Below, in pieces: positions 60,923 to 64,000 of a stretch of 64,000 nucleotides of DNA. This stretch comes from an uncultured Verrucomicrobiae bacterium (GTDB lineage: Bacteria; Verrucomicrobiota; Verrucomicrobiia; Chthoniobacterales; JAFAMB01), in NCBI GenBank assembly GCA_963813025.1, contig CAWEXO010000013.1, positions 448,001 to 512,000 of the forward strand, read 5' to 3'. The translations under genes were made by a program, and so were the position numbers. Below the pieces are notes generated by a model that saw only the letters and a list, made by a program, of their open reading frames with translations, ran no database searches and was not told the DNA's origin. Each line of letters starts with the position of its first letter. The stretch's first letter is position 1.

Positions 60923-63457
60923 TCAAATGGCGTCGTCTTGCAAATACTGTTTCAATTCCACCTTGACCGGCTTCGCATTCCAAATGTGCTGGCAATATTC
61001 CCGAATCGCACGGTCAGAGGAAAACTTGCCCACGCGGGCTATATTGAGAATGGACATTCGCGTCCAATTGTCTTTGTCTTGGTAAGCCTGGCTGACTTTT
61101 TCCTGACAATTAACATAGGAACGGTAATCCGCAAAAAGCATGTACGGATCGGATTTTATCAGGGAGTCTACCAGTGGCCTGAACAAGTTAGTGTCACCGT
61201 GAGAAAAGTGCCCGCAATTTATTAGATCAATTGCTTCTCGCAGATGCGGATCAGCATGGTAATAATCCCAGGGATGATATCCGTCGGCCCTTCTTTCTCG
61301 AACTTCTTCAGCAGTCAATCCAAACAAGAAAAAGTTTTCTGGTCCGACCTCGTTGCGGATTTCAATATTTGCGCCGTCCAATGTCCCGATCGTCAACGCT
61401 CCGTTCATGGCAAACTTCATATTACTGGTACCGGAAGCTTCGTAGCCGGCCGTGGAGATTTGTTCAGACAGGTCAGCAGCGGGATAAATCCAGCGAGCTT
61501 GTTTTACGTTGTAGTTAGGCAAAAAGATTATTTTGAGGCGATCACGTACATCTGGATCTTTATTCAACACCTCTCCCACAGAGTTGATCAATTTGATGAT
61601 CAGCTTGGCCATGAAGTAACCTGGGGCGGCTTTGCCGCCAAAGATAAATGTGCGGGGCACGATCTCGATATCGCGATCTTGTTTGATGCGGTTGTAAAGC
61701 GTGATGATGTGCAGCACGTTCAGATGTTGCCGCTTATATTCGTGCAGGCGTTTAACCTGAACGTCGAAGATGGTTTCGGGATTCACGGTAATACCCGTCT
61801 GCCTGTGAATATACGCGGCTAAATCCTGCTTATTTGCCAACTTGATCTTTTGACACTCACTGCGAAAGCCAGGGTCTTCTGCAAACGCCTGCAGCTTTCG
61901 GAGATCGTCCAGCTGTTTGATCCAGCTATCCCCGATTTTCTGGGTCGCCAGGCTCGAGAACCGAGGGTTGCACGCCACCAGGAACCGGCGCGGGGCAACG
62001 CCATTAGTGACGTTAAGAAATTTTTCAGGCCAAAGTTCATAAAAGTCGTGCAGCGTGGTCTCCTGCAGAAGCCGGGAATGCAGTTCGGCCACCCCATTGA
62101 TAGCATGGCTGCCGACCGTGGCGAGATAAGCCATGCGGACGTATCTTTCTCCGCTTTCGTCAATCAGCGACATTCGGGCGATCCGCGGGGCGTCATTGGG
62201 ATACCTGAGGCGGATCTCGTCCAGGAAGCGGCGGTTGATCTCGTAAATAATTTCCAGATGCCGGGGCAAAAGGCGGCCAAACAAATTGATCGGCCACTTT
62301 TCCAGGGCTTCCGGCAGCAGCGTGTGGTTGGTGTAAGCAAACGTTTTCTGAGTGACGTCCCAAGCCACATCCCAGTCAATCTGGTGCTCATCCACCAGCA
62401 ATCGCATGAGCTCCGCGACCCCAATCGATGGATGGGTATCATTCAGCTGTACGGCAAATGCTTCGTGGAAGTTGTTTAAGCTTCCTCCGGTATACAAGTG
62501 TATACGGATCATGTCTTGCAGGGAGCAGCAAACGAAGAAGTATTGTTGCTCCAGACGCAATTGCTTCCCTTGCACGGGCTCATCGTTTGGATAGAGGACT
62601 TTGGTGATGTTCTCTGTCACCACTTTGTCGTGGACCGCGCCGTAGTAGTCACCCAGGTTAAACTCTTGAAAGTCGAAGGATTCAAGTGCTTCCGCTTTCC
62701 ACAGACGCAGGGTATTGGCGGTGTTAACCTTATATCCAAGGATAGTCATATCGTGCGGAACACCCTTCACCACCTGCGCAGGAATCCACCGCACCCGATA
62801 TCGTCCTTGATCGTCAGTATATGCTTCTGTATGACCGCTGAAGTTCACCTCGACGGTTGACTCTGGACGAGGCAGCTCCCAGGGGTCTCCCAGGCGCAAC
62901 CATTTGTCTGCAATTTCAATCTGCCAGCCATCCCGAATCTCCTGGCTAAAGATGCCGAATTCGTAGCGGATGCCGTAGCCGATCGCGGGGATTTCCAGAG
63001 TTGACAGGGAATCCATGTAGCAAGCGGCCAGCCGTCCCAAGCCGCCATTGCCCAGGCCGGGTTCCGCTTCTTGTTCCAGCAATTCGTTCAGATCCAGTCC
63101 CAATTCCGCGAGAGCTTGGCGCACTTCATTGTAGATGCCTAGATTAACTAAGCTGTTCCCCAGGCGCGGTCCCAGCAGGAACTCTGCCGATAAATAACAG
63201 ACGACTTTAGGTTCTTTGTGCCTAAGATAGGTTTCAACTGTATTGATCCAACGATGCAACTGCCGATCGCGCACGGTATACGCCAGCGCCATGTAGAAAT
63301 CATTCTTCGTGGCGATCGCCGGAAATCTCCCTTGGGCGTAGAAAAGGTTATCCGCCAGGGCTCGTTTGAGAGTTTGTACATCCAACCCTGTACGATCGCC
63401 ATCGACGGCTACGTTCTGGCTTTGAAAATCCGGCGATGTGCTTGTGGGTGGATTCAT
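60923..63457 (-). CDS. glgP: Glycogen/starch phosphorylase
   Basis: GLGNGGLGRLAAC, QLNDTHP, YTNHTLLPEALE, KRLHEYKRQ, PLP-lysine motif EASGTSNMKF. Confidence 0.97.
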   Translation of the reverse strand: MNPPTSTSPDFQSQNVAVDGDRTGLDVQTLKRALADNLFYAQGRFPAIATKNDFYMALAYTVRDRQLHRWINTVETYLRHKEPKVVCYLSAEFLLGPRLGNSLVNLGIYNEVRQALAELGLDLNELLEQEAEPGLGNGGLGRLAACYMDSLSTLEIPAIGYGIRYEFGIFSQEIRDGWQIEIADKWLRLGDPWELPRPESTVEVNFSGHTEAYTDDQGRYRVRWIPAQVVKGVPHDMTILGYKVNTANTLRLWKAEALESFDFQEFNLGDYYGAVHDKVVTENITKVLYPNDEPVQGKQLRLEQQYFFVCCSLQDMIRIHLYTGGSLNNFHEAFAVQLNDTHPSIGVAELMRLLVDEHQIDWDVAWDVTQKTFAYTNHTLLPEALEKWPINLFGRLLPRHLEIIYEINRRFLDEIRLRYPNDAPRIARMSLIDESGERYVRMAYLATVGSHAINGVAELHSRLLQETTLHDFYELWPEKFLNVTNGVAPRRFLVACNPRFSSLATQKIGDSWIKQLDDLRKLQAFAEDPGFRSECQKIKLANKQDLAAYIHRQTGITVNPETIFDVQVKRLHEYKRQHLNVLHIITLYNRIKQDRDIEIVPRTFIFGGKAAPGYFMAKLIIKLINSVGEVLNKDPDVRDRLKIIFLPNYNVKQARWIYPAADLSEQISTAGYEASGTSNMKFAMNGALTIGTLDGANIEIRNEVGPENFFLFGLTAEEVRERRADGYHPWDYYHADPHLREAIDLINCGHFSHGDTNLFRPLVDSLIKSDPYMLFADYRSYVNCQEKVSQAYQDKDNWTRMSILNIARVGKFSSDRAIREYCQHIWNAKPVKVELKQYLQDDAI

Positions 63458-63869
63458 AATGCTCTGTAAGATGAATCCTTGGGATGGCAAAGAGGACTTT
63501 ACCAAACTCAGTGCCCGTCACGAAGATCCAGGCGTCCTTTCGGAAGCTTAGGCTGATTTTCTTCCATGGTTGGGCCATTGGTCCTGAGCAGGCCACCTGA
63601 AGCGGTTGTGGGGGTGGTGGCCTTCTCGAGTAGTTCCAGCTCGGCCGGGGGTGTCGCACGTACCTTCCTCGGTGTTTTGCGATTTGCTCCTCAAAACTCG
63701 AGGAGCACTCCCGATTTTTTGGCCCGCTGACCCTTTACGGATAGCTGATAAAACCCGGCTTGGGTCCGACTTCCTCGACATGCTACCAGTTCTGGAACAA
63801 TACCGCACCCAAACCGATCCGCTGAGGCACACAATACGAACTCTCGATATGCGACACGAAGTTTGGCAA

Positions 63870-63974
63870 GATCGCGCTCCAGTCGTGGTTTTTCTCGCCT
63901 CCGATGCTGCCTCGCGAGTCACCGGCGCAAGCTACGATGTTACTGCCGGGGATAGCGCAAAATACACCGCGTAA
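63870..63974 (+). pseudogene. SDR C-terminal tail relic
   Basis: APVVVFLASDAASRVTGASYDVTAG with no recognisable SDR body upstream. Confidence 0.6.
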
Positions 63975-64000
63975 AGAGGAATGTTTTTGGCCGGGGCCGA

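Noticed and set aside
1..64000. CRISPR array, tRNA or rRNA genes
   Set aside because: No regularly spaced repeats, cloverleaf or rRNA signature was seen by eye.

Overview
Bacterial window of moderately high GC. Gene content and GTAG-type REPs suggest a soil Verrucomicrobia/Chthoniobacterales-like organism, which is inference only. Bases 1-7.5 kb are a pile-up of insertion sequences (IS256 x2 plus a solo end, IS1380, IS110, IS3) over the remains of an ExeA-like ATPase module. The IS110 has a 5' non-coding region that folds like a bridge RNA, and its guide segments match the element's own junctions. Bases 8-57 kb are a large, partly decayed exopolysaccharide/capsule locus. It has wzc, a WcaJ-type priming transferase, an RfaH/NusG paralogue with an ops-like site, intact wzx and wzy, three broken wzm/wzt ABC modules, about 10 intact glycosyltransferases, about 7 SAM methyltransferases, a DegT aminotransferase, GH16, a CE4 deacetylase, rfbB/rfbA, and a convergent beta-barrel/OPX/Wzc export operon. 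IS3 x2, IS630 x3, IS66 and IS1634 relics interrupt it. The last 6 kb hold relics of a group II intron RT, a large serine recombinase and SDR genes, followed by a TPR protein and glgP. No rRNA, tRNA or CRISPR array was seen. All calls come from motif recognition by eye with no database searches, and many single-base frameshifts could be assembly errors.
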